From NCBI GenBank assembly GCA_964007735.1, contig CAXGAI010000013.1, positions 62,001 to 112,701 on the forward strand: a stretch of 50,701 nucleotides of DNA, read 5' to 3'. Each line of letters starts with the position of its first letter. Position 1 is the stretch's first letter. The notes below the pieces were generated by a model. The model worked only from the letters and a program-made list of their open reading frames with translations. It was not told the DNA's origin and did no database searches. Of this stretch, positions 19,658 to 32,855 are shown piece by piece. The translations under genes were made by a program, and so were the position numbers. The DNA is from an uncultured Rhodopirellula sp. (GTDB taxonomy: Bacteria > Planctomycetota > Planctomycetia > Pirellulales > Pirellulaceae).

Positions 19658-21694
19658 ATGACCACGGTTACTACACGAAAAAACATTCTGCGTACTGCTG
19701 CCATTCTTTTATTAGTCAGTGTTTGCATTCCATTCTTAATGGGTGCAGAAATTGGCGAACCAAGCACAAAGAATCGACAAATCGCTTTGATGGTGCGTGG
19801 AATCGTATCTTCTCAGCATCTGACCCGTCACGAACTGGACGATGAGATTTCTCAACGAGCCATGTCGACATTTATTGATCGTCTGGATCCAATGAAGCTT
19901 TACTTTCTCGAAGAAGATATTAGATCTTTTGAAGAAAAAAAGCTTGAACTTGACGACATGCTAAAAAAAGGGGAGTTGCAATTCGCTCACGATGTATTCC
20001 TGAAATACATGTCGCGAATGGAAACAAGTATCGAAGTGGTGCACACACTCATCGATCAGGCACATGATTTCACTGTGGACGAATACATCAGCACCGACTG
20101 GGACAATCTTAAGTTTGCCACATCTCAGGACGAACTTACCGACCGCTGGCGCAAACGCATCAAATACAACTTATTAGTACTCAAAGGAGACAAAACGGAA
20201 GGCGAGGAAGCACGTGAGAGATTGCACCGTCGTTACAACAGCCAACTTAAACAGATGCAACAAACCAAGAGTGATGAGTTGCTGGAAATCTTTCTAACCG
20301 CTGTAACTACCAGCTACGATCCTCACACGACCTATATGTCACCAACAACTTCTGAGAATTTCGCTATCCAGATGCGATTGAATCTTGATGGCATTGGAGC
20401 TCAACTCACACTGGAAGATGGCTACACGAAGGTCACAAAGATCATTCCCGGCGGAGCTGCCGACAAACAAGGTGAACTAAAAACAGGTGACCGAATCGTC
20501 AGTGTCGGACAGGACACAGAAGGTGAAATGCAGGATGTCATTGATATGAAACTAAATGACGTTGTATCGCTCATCCGCGGTAAGCCCGGCTCAACAGTAC
20601 GTCTGGGAGTCATCCCTGAAAAGAGTACCGAATCGAAAGTACTATCCATTAAACGGGCTAAAATTGAGTTAAAAGATAGTGAAGCTCGTGGAGACATCAT
20701 CGAGTATAAAGTCCCTGGTAGTAAAAAGACTCTTCATATTGGCGTCATTAACCTACCATCCTTCTATATGGACATGGATGCTGCTCGTCGTGGAGACAAA
20801 GATTATCGAAGTACCACTCGCGACTGCCGTCGTATCATCGAAGGCTTCAAGGAAGAGGGTATTGATGGCATGATCATGGATCTTTCCACCAATGGTGGCG
20901 GAAGCCTCACGGAGTCGATCGACCTGACTGGATTATTTATCGATCTGGGAACTGTTGTTCAGGTGAAAGACCCATCAGGACGTGTACAACAATACGACGA
21001 CCGAACTGAAGGTACTAGCTACGATGGGCCATTAGTCGTGCTTTGCAGTAAGTTCAGTGCGAGTGCAAGCGAGATTTTCGCCGGCGCGATTGTTGATCAC
21101 GGTCGAGGCATTGTCGTTGGTGACTCAACGACTCACGGCAAAGGTACAGTGCAAAACTTTCTCGAACTGGGGTCTCGCTTCTTTAACATCAGTAATCCTC
21201 CAAACCTGGGGGCATTAAAAATCACCATGCAGCAGTTCTACCGTCCGGGTGGTGACAGTACTCAACAGCGTGGCGTGTACTCGGATATCGTTCTACCATC
21301 GATTACTGATCACATGAAAGTATCTGAATCCGACTTAGATTATCCTGTTCCGTTTGACAGCGTCGAAAACGAAGTCAGTGAAGAACTTTTAGCACGTGAC
21401 AAAGACTTAATCGCCAGTCTTAAAGAAGCTTCTCAAAAACGAGTGAACGACTCGAAAGACTTCCAAAAATTAAAGGGGCAGATTGCTGAGTATAAAAAAC
21501 AGCAGGAAGAGAAACGAGTCTCCCTGAAAGAAGATGTTTTCTTTGCAAAGAAAGAAGAAAACTCTGCTCAGGAAGAAGCTCAGGAGAATCTGGAAAAACG
21601 CGCAAACGGAGAAACCGATGTATTTCCTGACACCTTTTATAATCAGGAAGTTCTGAATATTACCGGCGAATATATTCGGGCTCAATCGAAGTAA
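19658..21694 (+). CDS. prc: Tail-specific (carboxy-terminal processing) protease, S41 family (start uncertain: 19601, 19646 or 19658)
   Basis: Signal-like N-terminus, LDP...YF, YDPHTTYMSP, GIGAQL PDZ, IRGKPGS.VRL, DLSTNGGGSL, SASASEIFAGA, T.GKGTVQ, FYRPGG.STQ..GV.SDI. Confidence 0.9.
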   Translation: MTTVTTRKNILRTAAILLLVSVCIPFLMGAEIGEPSTKNRQIALMVRGIVSSQHLTRHELDDEISQRAMSTFIDRLDPMKLYFLEEDIRSFEEKKLELDDMLKKGELQFAHDVFLKYMSRMETSIEVVHTLIDQAHDFTVDEYISTDWDNLKFATSQDELTDRWRKRIKYNLLVLKGDKTEGEEARERLHRRYNSQLKQMQQTKSDELLEIFLTAVTTSYDPHTTYMSPTTSENFAIQMRLNLDGIGAQLTLEDGYTKVTKIIPGGAADKQGELKTGDRIVSVGQDTEGEMQDVIDMKLNDVVSLIRGKPGSTVRLGVIPEKSTESKVLSIKRAKIELKDSEARGDIIEYKVPGSKKTLHIGVINLPSFYMDMDAARRGDKDYRSTTRDCRRIIEGFKEEGIDGMIMDLSTNGGGSLTESIDLTGLFIDLGTVVQVKDPSGRVQQYDDRTEGTSYDGPLVVLCSKFSASASEIFAGAIVDHGRGIVVGDSTTHGKGTVQNFLELGSRFFNISNPPNLGALKITMQQFYRPGGDSTQQRGVYSDIVLPSITDHMKVSESDLDYPVPFDSVENEVSEELLARDKDLIASLKEASQKRVNDSKDFQKLKGQIAEYKKQQEEKRVSLKEDVFFAKKEENSAQEEAQENLEKRANGETDVFPDTFYNQEVLNITGEYIRAQSK

Positions 21695-21709
21695 AGCTTC
21701 GCATGAACC

Positions 21710-22516
21710 TTAACTGAGCGTTAACTGCATTCCGTCATAAGCTAACTCCATTGAATCTGGCAAGTCTTTGTTGGTTTGCTCATGCTCAAGATCATGCGAG
21801 ATATGCGTAAACACCGTGCGTTTTGCACCAATCTTTTTAGCCACTTCCACCGCTTCATCCAGACCAAAGTGAGTTGCATGCGGCTTACGACGCAGGGCGT
21901 CCAGAATCAAACAATCCAGCCCCTCAAGCAGAGGCCAACTCTGTTCAGGGATCTCGTTGGTATCAGTGCAATAAGCAATGTTTCCAATTCGAAAACCAAG
22001 CACCTTAAACCGTGGGCCATGATAAAGGCGGATCGGTATCACTTTTGTCCCCAGCACTTCAAACGGCGCGGTTGAAATCGTATTCATGGAAAGCTGTGGA
22101 ATCGAACCTCGATGTGTCTGTTTGCGGTCTGAGAACGCGTAGTCAAATGACTGGCGTAACCGCTGCTCTACGTTGGGCTCGCAATACACCGGTACGGCAT
22201 GCCCTAAGTAGAATTGAAACAATCGTAGGTCATCCATTCCAAAAATATGATCTGCATGCTCATGGGTATAAAGAACTCCATGAACCAATCCAATTTTTTC
22301 ACGGAGCAACTGTTGCCTAAGATCAGGCCCGGTATCAATCAAAAGATTACCCTGCTCTAATCCCAAAATAACTGAACAGCGAGTACGATTATTTTTCGGG
22401 TTAGGACTAGTACAAACGTAGCATCCACAGCCAATCGATGGCACTCCAACGCTGGTACCTGTTCCTAGCAGAATTAGTTTTCCACGGATATCGGTGGTGA
22501 CAGCTTTCTTGGTCAA
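21710..22516 (-). CDS. PhnP-like metallo-beta-lactamase-fold phosphodiesterase
   Basis: LGTGTSVGVP.IGC.C.VC.S..PKN.RTR, LIDTGPDLRQQ, THEHADH, AYCTD, THISH, LAYDG; TTG start. Confidence 0.88.
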   Translation of the reverse strand: MTKKAVTTDIRGKLILLGTGTSVGVPSIGCGCYVCTSPNPKNNRTRCSVILGLEQGNLLIDTGPDLRQQLLREKIGLVHGVLYTHEHADHIFGMDDLRLFQFYLGHAVPVYCEPNVEQRLRQSFDYAFSDRKQTHRGSIPQLSMNTISTAPFEVLGTKVIPIRLYHGPRFKVLGFRIGNIAYCTDTNEIPEQSWPLLEGLDCLILDALRRKPHATHFGLDEAVEVAKKIGAKRTVFTHISHDLEHEQTNKDLPDSMELAYDGMQLTLS

Positions 22517-22606
22517 CAGAGAATACTTTCTGGCGGCGCCACATCATAAGATGAACAACAGATGTTAAGCACCCATTATAGGGGAAAAAAGGGAAATCAC
22601 CTTGGG

Positions 22607-23722
22607 CTACTGATTAATACTCGGTACCGCTGATAAAGGCACTTTCAAAACCGTCCCATGACGCATTTGACCGACTGGCAAATCTAACTCCGCCGAACGA
22701 TTTTTCCATGTCTCAAGATCGTCGCTTGTTGCCAGACAATATGAATATTCACTTCCCGGCGCATCCCAGTACAAGTGCCACTGTCCTTGATGTTGGAACA
22801 ACGTCGGGCCTTCGCTCATTTGATTTACGATAGCTGTACCTGCACCAACGATTGGCTTTCCTAACGTGGTTCCATAGGGCCCCAGCATCTTTTTTGCAAA
22901 GGTTAAACGAAGATTCTTTCCACCTTTGTCTGCTGCTAATTCATGCTTAATCACCATGACCCATCGATCATCCTTCTTAGTTTTCGTACCACGATCATCG
23001 TGAGCAATAAACGGATCGATAACACTGTATTCAGGGTCCTGAGGACTGTAAAACAATTTAGGGGAAGTGAATCTTTTGAAATCTTTGGTGCTACTATAAT
23101 AGCTGCGGTGATCATATCCATGTTGATCTTCGCTATGATCACCATCGTTTAGTTCTGCCAAGGTTGTGGAACTCCACAGAATAAGAAATTCCTTCTGCTC
23201 CGGATTCCAGTGAAGTTCGGGAGCCCATGTATTGTTAACATCGTTTCGCTCACGCCAAATATTAATCTGCTTGGGCTCCGTCCAGTTCCGTAGATCTTTC
23301 GAAGAGGTATAACCGATAGATCGGGAATTCCAACTGGTCGTCCAAATCATATGGAATATACCGTCGTGATACAAAATCGAGGGATCACGCGTTAGACTTT
23401 CATCTCCCCACTTAGGTGCTGGCACAATCAAATCCCGATCTGACAGCCACTGAAACTTCAAACCATCATAGCTGTAGGCAAAATAGATACCGGTCTCTCC
23501 ATTACCAAGAAAATATGGAAGTAAAAACAGATAGCTATTTTCAGTAATCTTGCCATCGTCAACTGATTTGGAAATGGGTTGAGCAAAGCAACTAGCATTG
23601 GCTCCTAGTAATAAGATCACCAGCATCACGGTGATTAGATGTTTTTGAATTCCCATAACTGCCACCATACTCCTTGAAGATAAGCCCACCCCATTTATCA
23701 GATGCCAAAAACTCTTGTACAT
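22607..23722 (-). CDS. Secreted glycoside hydrolase, GH43-like five-bladed propeller (true start probably 23668, 23665 or 23656)
   Basis: Signal-like segment, AYSYDG, RDPSI, WTTSW, SKDL..W, WAPE, IDP, EGPT, DL..W, MRHGTV. Confidence 0.8.
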   Translation of the reverse strand: MYKSFWHLINGVGLSSRSMVAVMGIQKHLITVMLVILLLGANASCFAQPISKSVDDGKITENSYLFLLPYFLGNGETGIYFAYSYDGLKFQWLSDRDLIVPAPKWGDESLTRDPSILYHDGIFHMIWTTSWNSRSIGYTSSKDLRNWTEPKQINIWRERNDVNNTWAPELHWNPEQKEFLILWSSTTLAELNDGDHSEDQHGYDHRSYYSSTKDFKRFTSPKLFYSPQDPEYSVIDPFIAHDDRGTKTKKDDRWVMVIKHELAADKGGKNLRLTFAKKMLGPYGTTLGKPIVGAGTAIVNQMSEGPTLFQHQGQWHLYWDAPGSEYSYCLATSDDLETWKNRSAELDLPVGQMRHGTVLKVPLSAVPSINQ

Positions 23723-23811
23723 CGAGTGGTGTGAAGTTGAAAATAACCTCCGTTGACCGCATTTTCATATGGGGATAAGCTACCAACGGAACTATATATA
23801 CCTAAGATATA

Positions 23812-23825
23812 CATAAGCGCTTATG
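23812..23825. promoter_or_regulatory. Perfect 14-bp palindrome resembling a LacI-family operator
   Basis: CATAAGCGCTTATG in the divergent GH43/secA intergenic region. Confidence 0.4.
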
Positions 23826-23984
23826 CTTTGTAATAACCCACTTCTATTTGTGGTGGGAATCTTTACGGAACTACAGATACAAGATCCAACGTAACCAACA
23901 ACTTATGCCCTGATCGGAATTACGGCGTAAATTTACGCGGTGATTAACAACATTCAGGTTGGGTTGCTTTGGATCGGAGTGACA

Positions 23985-27659
<3,675 letters not shown>

Positions 27660-27740
27660 GTTTATTCCTGCCGGCCACAGTTTCTCGGGGAACAGTCGCA
27701 AGTCAGCCTCTTAAGGGCATAAGGTGAAAACAAATAACTG

Positions 27741-29021
27741 ATGCCCCACGTACGAAATCTCGTCTACCTGCTTTTACTAATCCTGCTTTCACCGTGGTTA
27801 GTAATCAACGCAGTTACTAAAGGAAAATACCGACAAGGTTTGACCGAAAAACTCTTAGGTCTGGTTCCTCGTTTGCCTGCTTCGGGTGTGGATTCCTCAA
27901 AACGACGGATCTGGCTGCACGCTGTGAGCGTTGGAGAAGTCAATCTGTTACAACCTGTACTTCAGGAACTCGAGCAAAGATATCCAGATTGGGAATGTGT
28001 GATTAGCACAACGACCAAAACCGGATATGAACTGGCTCGACAAAAGTATTCTCCGCGCACGGTCTTCTATTGCCCGCTGGATTTTAGCTGGGCTGTGAAA
28101 ACTGCATTGCGTCGAATACAGCCCGATCTATTAGTGCTTGTCGAGTTGGAACTATGGCCCAATCTCATTCACTATGCTACCAAGAGTTGTCCCGTCACTA
28201 TTATTAATGGACGCTTGAGTGAAAACAGTACTAAAGGCTACAAACGCCTGGGGTTACTCATTAAGCCAACATTGCGAAAACTCAAACATATTGCTGTCCA
28301 AAATGAAAAATACGCTGATCGTTTTATTGAACTCGGTGCCAAAAATAATCAAATCACGGTCACTGGCAGTATTAAATTTGATGGCGCAGAGACAAATCGC
28401 AAGAACCCAAAGACACGCGAGTTAAGACAACTGGCTGGTATTTCAGATGACGATGTCATCTTACTGGTTGGGTCATCGCAAGTTGAAGAAGAGGAGCTGT
28501 GTCTTAAATACTTCAAAGCACATATGGATGAATTTTCTCAATTGAAATTGATCCTCGTTCCCCGCCACCCCGAACGATTTGAGGAAGTCGCTCAAAGATG
28601 TCGGCAAATTGAAATTCCCTTCCTTCGACGTTCTGAGATGACCTCAAGCGACCAAACGAATGCTCGCCTGCTATTAATCGATGTTATAGGTGAACTCGGA
28701 GCCTGGTGGGGCCTCACTGATATTGCATTTGTTGGCGGCAGTTTAGGATCCCGTGGTGGCCAGAATATGATCGAGCCCGCCGCGTATGGAGCCGCCGTTA
28801 GCTTTGGACCAAACACCTGGAACTTCAAAGATATTGTGGAATTGATTCTGCATCACCAAGCTGCCAGGGTGATACACTCCGATGAGGAATTTGAAGAATT
28901 TGTTCGCTGGTGTATCGAGTCGCCCGAGGATGCTGCTGCAATGGGACAAACGGCTGCTGAACTAGTTGCTAATCAACAGGGTGCCACTCGTCGAACGGTC
29001 GATATCCTTAGCTATCTCTGA
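27741..29021 (+). CDS. waaA: 3-deoxy-D-manno-octulosonic acid (Kdo) transferase
   Basis: IWLHAVSVGEV, STTT.TG, PLD, ELELWPNL, NGRLS, TGSIKFD, LVPRHPERF, D.IGEL, FVGGSL...GGQN.IEPA. Confidence 0.93.
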   Translation: MPHVRNLVYLLLLILLSPWLVINAVTKGKYRQGLTEKLLGLVPRLPASGVDSSKRRIWLHAVSVGEVNLLQPVLQELEQRYPDWECVISTTTKTGYELARQKYSPRTVFYCPLDFSWAVKTALRRIQPDLLVLVELELWPNLIHYATKSCPVTIINGRLSENSTKGYKRLGLLIKPTLRKLKHIAVQNEKYADRFIELGAKNNQITVTGSIKFDGAETNRKNPKTRELRQLAGISDDDVILLVGSSQVEEEELCLKYFKAHMDEFSQLKLILVPRHPERFEEVAQRCRQIEIPFLRRSEMTSSDQTNARLLLIDVIGELGAWWGLTDIAFVGGSLGSRGGQNMIEPAAYGAAVSFGPNTWNFKDIVELILHHQAARVIHSDEEFEEFVRWCIESPEDAAAMGQTAAELVANQQGATRRTVDILSYL

Positions 29022-29049
29022 GAAACCTCTGATCTACCCGGACGACTGG

Positions 29050-29079
29050 TTGTCGCGCACTTCCCTCTGACTTTATAAT
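29050..29079 (+). promoter_or_regulatory. Putative sigma70 promoter of metK
   Basis: TTGTCG(29050-55)-N18-TATAAT(29074-79), about 50 nt before GTG 29132. Confidence 0.55.
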
Positions 29080-29131
29080 CAAACGTTTAACTACCCTTGA
29101 ATTTACTCTCCCGATAAGAGGACGCATTCTC

Positions 29132-30292
29132 GTGACATCAGGACAATATTTATTCACCAGTGAGTCTGTCAGTATGGGCCATCCCGACAAACTGGCCGAT
29201 CAAATCTCAGATGGAGTGCTGGATGCCTTATTTGAACAGGATCCCTACAGTCGAGTAGCCTGTGAAACGATGGTAACAACCGGGATGGCAATCATCGCGG
29301 GTGAAATTACAACAAAGGCTCAGATTAATTATCCTGATGTCGTTCGCGATGTCATTCGTGAAGTTGGTTATACTGATGACGAAATGGGGATCTGTGCCGA
29401 CACATGTGCCGTTCTTACTTCAATCGACCGACAAAGCCCCGATATTGCTCAGGGTGTGAATGAAAATAGTGTCAGCGGAAAAGAAATTGGGGCCGGCGAC
29501 CAGGGGCTGATGTTTGGTTTTGCCTGTCGCGATACGGAAGAAGAGCTAATGCCACTTCCCATTGCTCTTTCCCATCGCATTCTTGATCGCCTGAACAACG
29601 CTCGTTTTGGTAATGAAGTGTCTTGGTTACGACCTGACAGTAAGAGTCAGGTCACGGTTGAATATGATGGCCTCAAACCGGTACGTATTGATACTGTTGT
29701 TGTGAGTACTCAACACAGCCCTGAAGTTTCTAATGAAGACATCCAACACTTTATCATCAACGAGATCATTAATCCTCTACTGCCTGAAGATCTCGTTTCG
29801 GGAGATGTCACCTATCATGTGAATCCAACTGGACGATTCGTTACGGGCGGCCCTCACGGTGACTGTGGATTAACCGGACGTAAAATCATTGTTGATACTT
29901 ACGGCGGCTGGGGACGCCATGGCGGAGGAGCATTCAGCGGTAAAGACCCGACTAAAGTTGACCGAAGTGCCGCTTATATGTCGCGCCACGTTGCAAAGAA
30001 CATTGTGGCAGCCGGGCTGGCAGAACGATGCGAAGTACAACTCGCCTATGCAATCGGCGTTACCGATCCTGTCAGTGTCCATGTGGATACACAAGGAACT
30101 GGTGAAGTCGCTGACGCACACATTTGCGATGTGATTCGTGAATTCTTCCCACTCTCGCCTGGTAAAATCATCGACTATCTGGATTTGCGAAAGCCTATCT
30201 ATCGTAAAACAGCTGCTGGTGGCCACTTTGGTCGCAGCGAATTTAGCTGGGAAAATACGGACCGCGCCGAAGAGCTAAAAGCTCAGTTTTAA
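29132..30292 (+). CDS. metK: S-adenosylmethionine synthetase
   Basis: [69 protein letters not shown]. Confidence 0.98.
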   Translation: MTSGQYLFTSESVSMGHPDKLADQISDGVLDALFEQDPYSRVACETMVTTGMAIIAGEITTKAQINYPDVVRDVIREVGYTDDEMGICADTCAVLTSIDRQSPDIAQGVNENSVSGKEIGAGDQGLMFGFACRDTEEELMPLPIALSHRILDRLNNARFGNEVSWLRPDSKSQVTVEYDGLKPVRIDTVVVSTQHSPEVSNEDIQHFIINEIINPLLPEDLVSGDVTYHVNPTGRFVTGGPHGDCGLTGRKIIVDTYGGWGRHGGGAFSGKDPTKVDRSAAYMSRHVAKNIVAAGLAERCEVQLAYAIGVTDPVSVHVDTQGTGEVADAHICDVIREFFPLSPGKIIDYLDLRKPIYRKTAAGGHFGRSEFSWENTDRAEELKAQF

Positions 30293-30389
30293 GAATTAAA
30301 AGCCGGGCCCCAAAGACCCTTCTTTACTTTGACTGCCTTTCTGCTGTACTCTTACCGCTAGTTCATCAATGAATTGAAGTGGTAGGACC

Positions 30390-31238
30390 ATGGTCTCTGT
30401 TATAAGTGATATAAATACGAGTCGACAACATTCAATTTTTGAGTTGCTGCGCAATAAAGCGTTTGCCGTTCCATGCCTGTTTAGCAGCTTCGCAGCCTTC
30501 TTGCTGTTAGCACGTAGTCATTTGTACGTCAGTGAACTGAACGAATCGCAAGTCTGGAGTATTGGACTGGGTGTTGTTAGCGGCGCCGCGATCTTACGCT
30601 GGTTGTGTGGATTTCCAACCGATCCAAATCGTTCATTATCGGCCAAATGGGGCTGGTACTTACAATCACTGACGACCCTGCAAATCGTGCTTTTATTATC
30701 CGTTTCCACCCATTCCGCCACTGCTCTGGGGCCAATTTGGTTATTTGCTTTTTTGAGTGAATCGATATGGTGGAGCCAAAATTATCGTCGTCGTCAAAAT
30801 ACCATGACCACTCTGCCTAATGAAACTCCATTAGGCTATGTCATTGAAGACGATCTCGAAGACCGACTGCTGCGATCCCTCGAAGATCAATCCGGAAATC
30901 ATTCGACGCAACGGAATAATAGTAAAATTCCTGATCACGCCAGTCAACTGTGGATACGATCTGCGGATATTCATGGAGAGACAATCTCAGCATCACAACG
31001 AGTTCCATTCGCAACCGGCCAACGACACCAAAATCTCCACCTATCTTTTGTCCCGGAACTTCCGTCAATTCCTTATGTCGAAGCGACCCTCCTGGAAGGT
31101 CCTGACGTAGACATCATAGTCGGAGAAGCACAACAATTCGGACTTCGACTGGACTTGAAGTTAGGTCAGATCTATGAAGAACCGGTGGAAGTATTCGTTC
31201 AACTGGAAGTTTTTGCCGAAGCTAAACAAGCAGCCTAG
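30390..31238 (+). CDS. Hypothetical membrane protein (about 4 N-terminal TM helices, C-terminal beta-rich domain)
   Basis: 282-aa ORF with AGGA RBS, hydrophobic N-terminal half and soluble C-terminal half; no family recognised with confidence. Confidence 0.65.
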   Translation: MVSVISDINTSRQHSIFELLRNKAFAVPCLFSSFAAFLLLARSHLYVSELNESQVWSIGLGVVSGAAILRWLCGFPTDPNRSLSAKWGWYLQSLTTLQIVLLLSVSTHSATALGPIWLFAFLSESIWWSQNYRRRQNTMTTLPNETPLGYVIEDDLEDRLLRSLEDQSGNHSTQRNNSKIPDHASQLWIRSADIHGETISASQRVPFATGQRHQNLHLSFVPELPSIPYVEATLLEGPDVDIIVGEAQQFGLRLDLKLGQIYEEPVEVFVQLEVFAEAKQAA

Positions 31239-31424
31239 AATAAAGAAAAGTAATCAACCCCCTTCATGGTAAGATCGTAGGAATCATGGCTCGTTGGCCT
31301 CGAAAAATATGGACCTCAATATTCACCTATGGCCTTATCTTTGTGCTATTCCCAACACTTGCATACGTTGCTTACCTCTGGGTTCGTGGAGAATTTTAGT
31401 GAGCTAAAACGATAAATAAATACC

Positions 31425-32855
31425 ATGTTCGCACCGCCTCCACAATTGACCGATCAACTCTCCCGTTACGGGCAACAACACGTACTGCAATACTGGGATG
31501 ACCTCGATGACGACCAACGGAAAAACTTGGTGGCGCAACTGGAGAATGTTGATTTTGAATTAATCCAATCGCTCTGGGAGCAATTCAGGGGAGGAGTGCC
31601 CGACGTTCGAGATTTTTCGAAACTTGCTGCACCAAATTCCATTCGACTCGCTGATGAAATACCTTTTTCTTACGAAAAGGCATACGACCATGGTGAACAG
31701 TTGGTTAGGCAGGGTCGCGTCGGAGTCGTGATCGTAGCGGGGGGACAGGGAAGCAGGCTTGGCTTCAATCACCCGAAAGGCCTTTACCCGATAGGCCCGC
31801 TGTCGGAGCGAACACTGTTCCAATTCATCGTCGACAAAATCGCCGGTTACGAGAAGAAATGCTCCACACATATTCCACTATTTATCATGACAAGCCCGGC
31901 TGTCCACGATGAAACTGTAGCTTACTTTCAACAGCAGCATTTCTTTGGACGTCAGGATCGAATAACGTTCTTTTGCCAATCCACCATGCCGGCAGTGGAT
32001 GCTGAAAGCGGCAGGCTATTATTACAGGCCCGTAACCAGTTATTTCTTAGCCCAAACGGACATGGTGGCATGCTCGAAGCAATGCAGTCACAAGGGATTT
32101 TGAGTACCTGTGCCCAGCAAGGGGTTGACACTCTTTTCTACGGTCAAGTCGACAATCCGCTCTCTCCAACCTGTTCACTGGCATTACTTGGATATCATGC
32201 ATTGAGTAAAGCACAGGTAACATTACAAACCATTGCGAAACAGTCACCTTCTGATAAAACAGGCAACATTGTTTCGATCGACGGCAGAACCCAAATTATT
32301 GAATACAGTGAAATTCCGGAGGCTCTGTCTAGTGAAGTCACCCAAGAAGGGCAGCTAAAGCTGTGGGCTGCCAATATTGCTGTACATGTGTTTCAGACCG
32401 ATTTCCTGCGTGCTGTGACCCAATCGTCTGACGGACTTCCTTATCACTTCGCCCATAAAAAAGTCGCTTATTTGGATACCTCCGGAACATTAAAGCAGCC
32501 TTCTAACCCCAATGCGATCAAGCTCGAAAAATTCATTTTCGATCTACTGCCGTTAGCTGAGAGAACGCTAACCGTGGAAGCTCTTCGCGAAGATGTCTTT
32601 GCTCCGGTTAAGAATGCCCCAACCGAGAGCTTTAGCACTGCCTCTACTAGTCGCGAAGCGATTTGTCAGTTGCATCGTCGTTGGTTGCAAGAAGCCGGTT
32701 GCCAGGTGTCTGACGGCGTTCAGGTGGAAATACATCCGCAATATGCCGTAAACTTACCGCAACTAATGCAACGTTCGGACCTACCGGAGAAAATTGATCG
32801 GGACACCTATTTGCAAATACCACCATTTCACTCCTTTAGCTCTTCTGAGAACTGA
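31425..32855 (+). CDS. UDP-N-acetylglucosamine pyrophosphorylase of the eukaryote-type UDPGP family
   Basis: GQQHVLQYW, AGGQGSRLGF..PKG, TLFQ, IMTS, FCQ..MPA, SPNGHGG, VDNPL, IEYSE, KLEKFIFD, FAPVKN. Confidence 0.88.
   Translation: MFAPPPQLTDQLSRYGQQHVLQYWDDLDDDQRKNLVAQLENVDFELIQSLWEQFRGGVPDVRDFSKLAAPNSIRLADEIPFSYEKAYDHGEQLVRQGRVGVVIVAGGQGSRLGFNHPKGLYPIGPLSERTLFQFIVDKIAGYEKKCSTHIPLFIMTSPAVHDETVAYFQQQHFFGRQDRITFFCQSTMPAVDAESGRLLLQARNQLFLSPNGHGGMLEAMQSQGILSTCAQQGVDTLFYGQVDNPLSPTCSLALLGYHALSKAQVTLQTIAKQSPSDKTGNIVSIDGRTQIIEYSEIPEALSSEVTQEGQLKLWAANIAVHVFQTDFLRAVTQSSDGLPYHFAHKKVAYLDTSGTLKQPSNPNAIKLEKFIFDLLPLAERTLTVEALREDVFAPVKNAPTESFSTASTSREAICQLHRRWLQEAGCQVSDGVQVEIHPQYAVNLPQLMQRSDLPEKIDRDTYLQIPPFHSFSSSEN

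Noticed and set aside
23940..23984. GTG start of secA given by the ORF track
   Set aside because: ATG 23985 has a GGAG RBS at suitable spacing and gives a more plausible N-terminus.
29022..29131. SAM riboswitch upstream of metK
   Set aside because: The predicted promoter leaves a leader of only about 45 nt and I see no SAM-I, II or III consensus.
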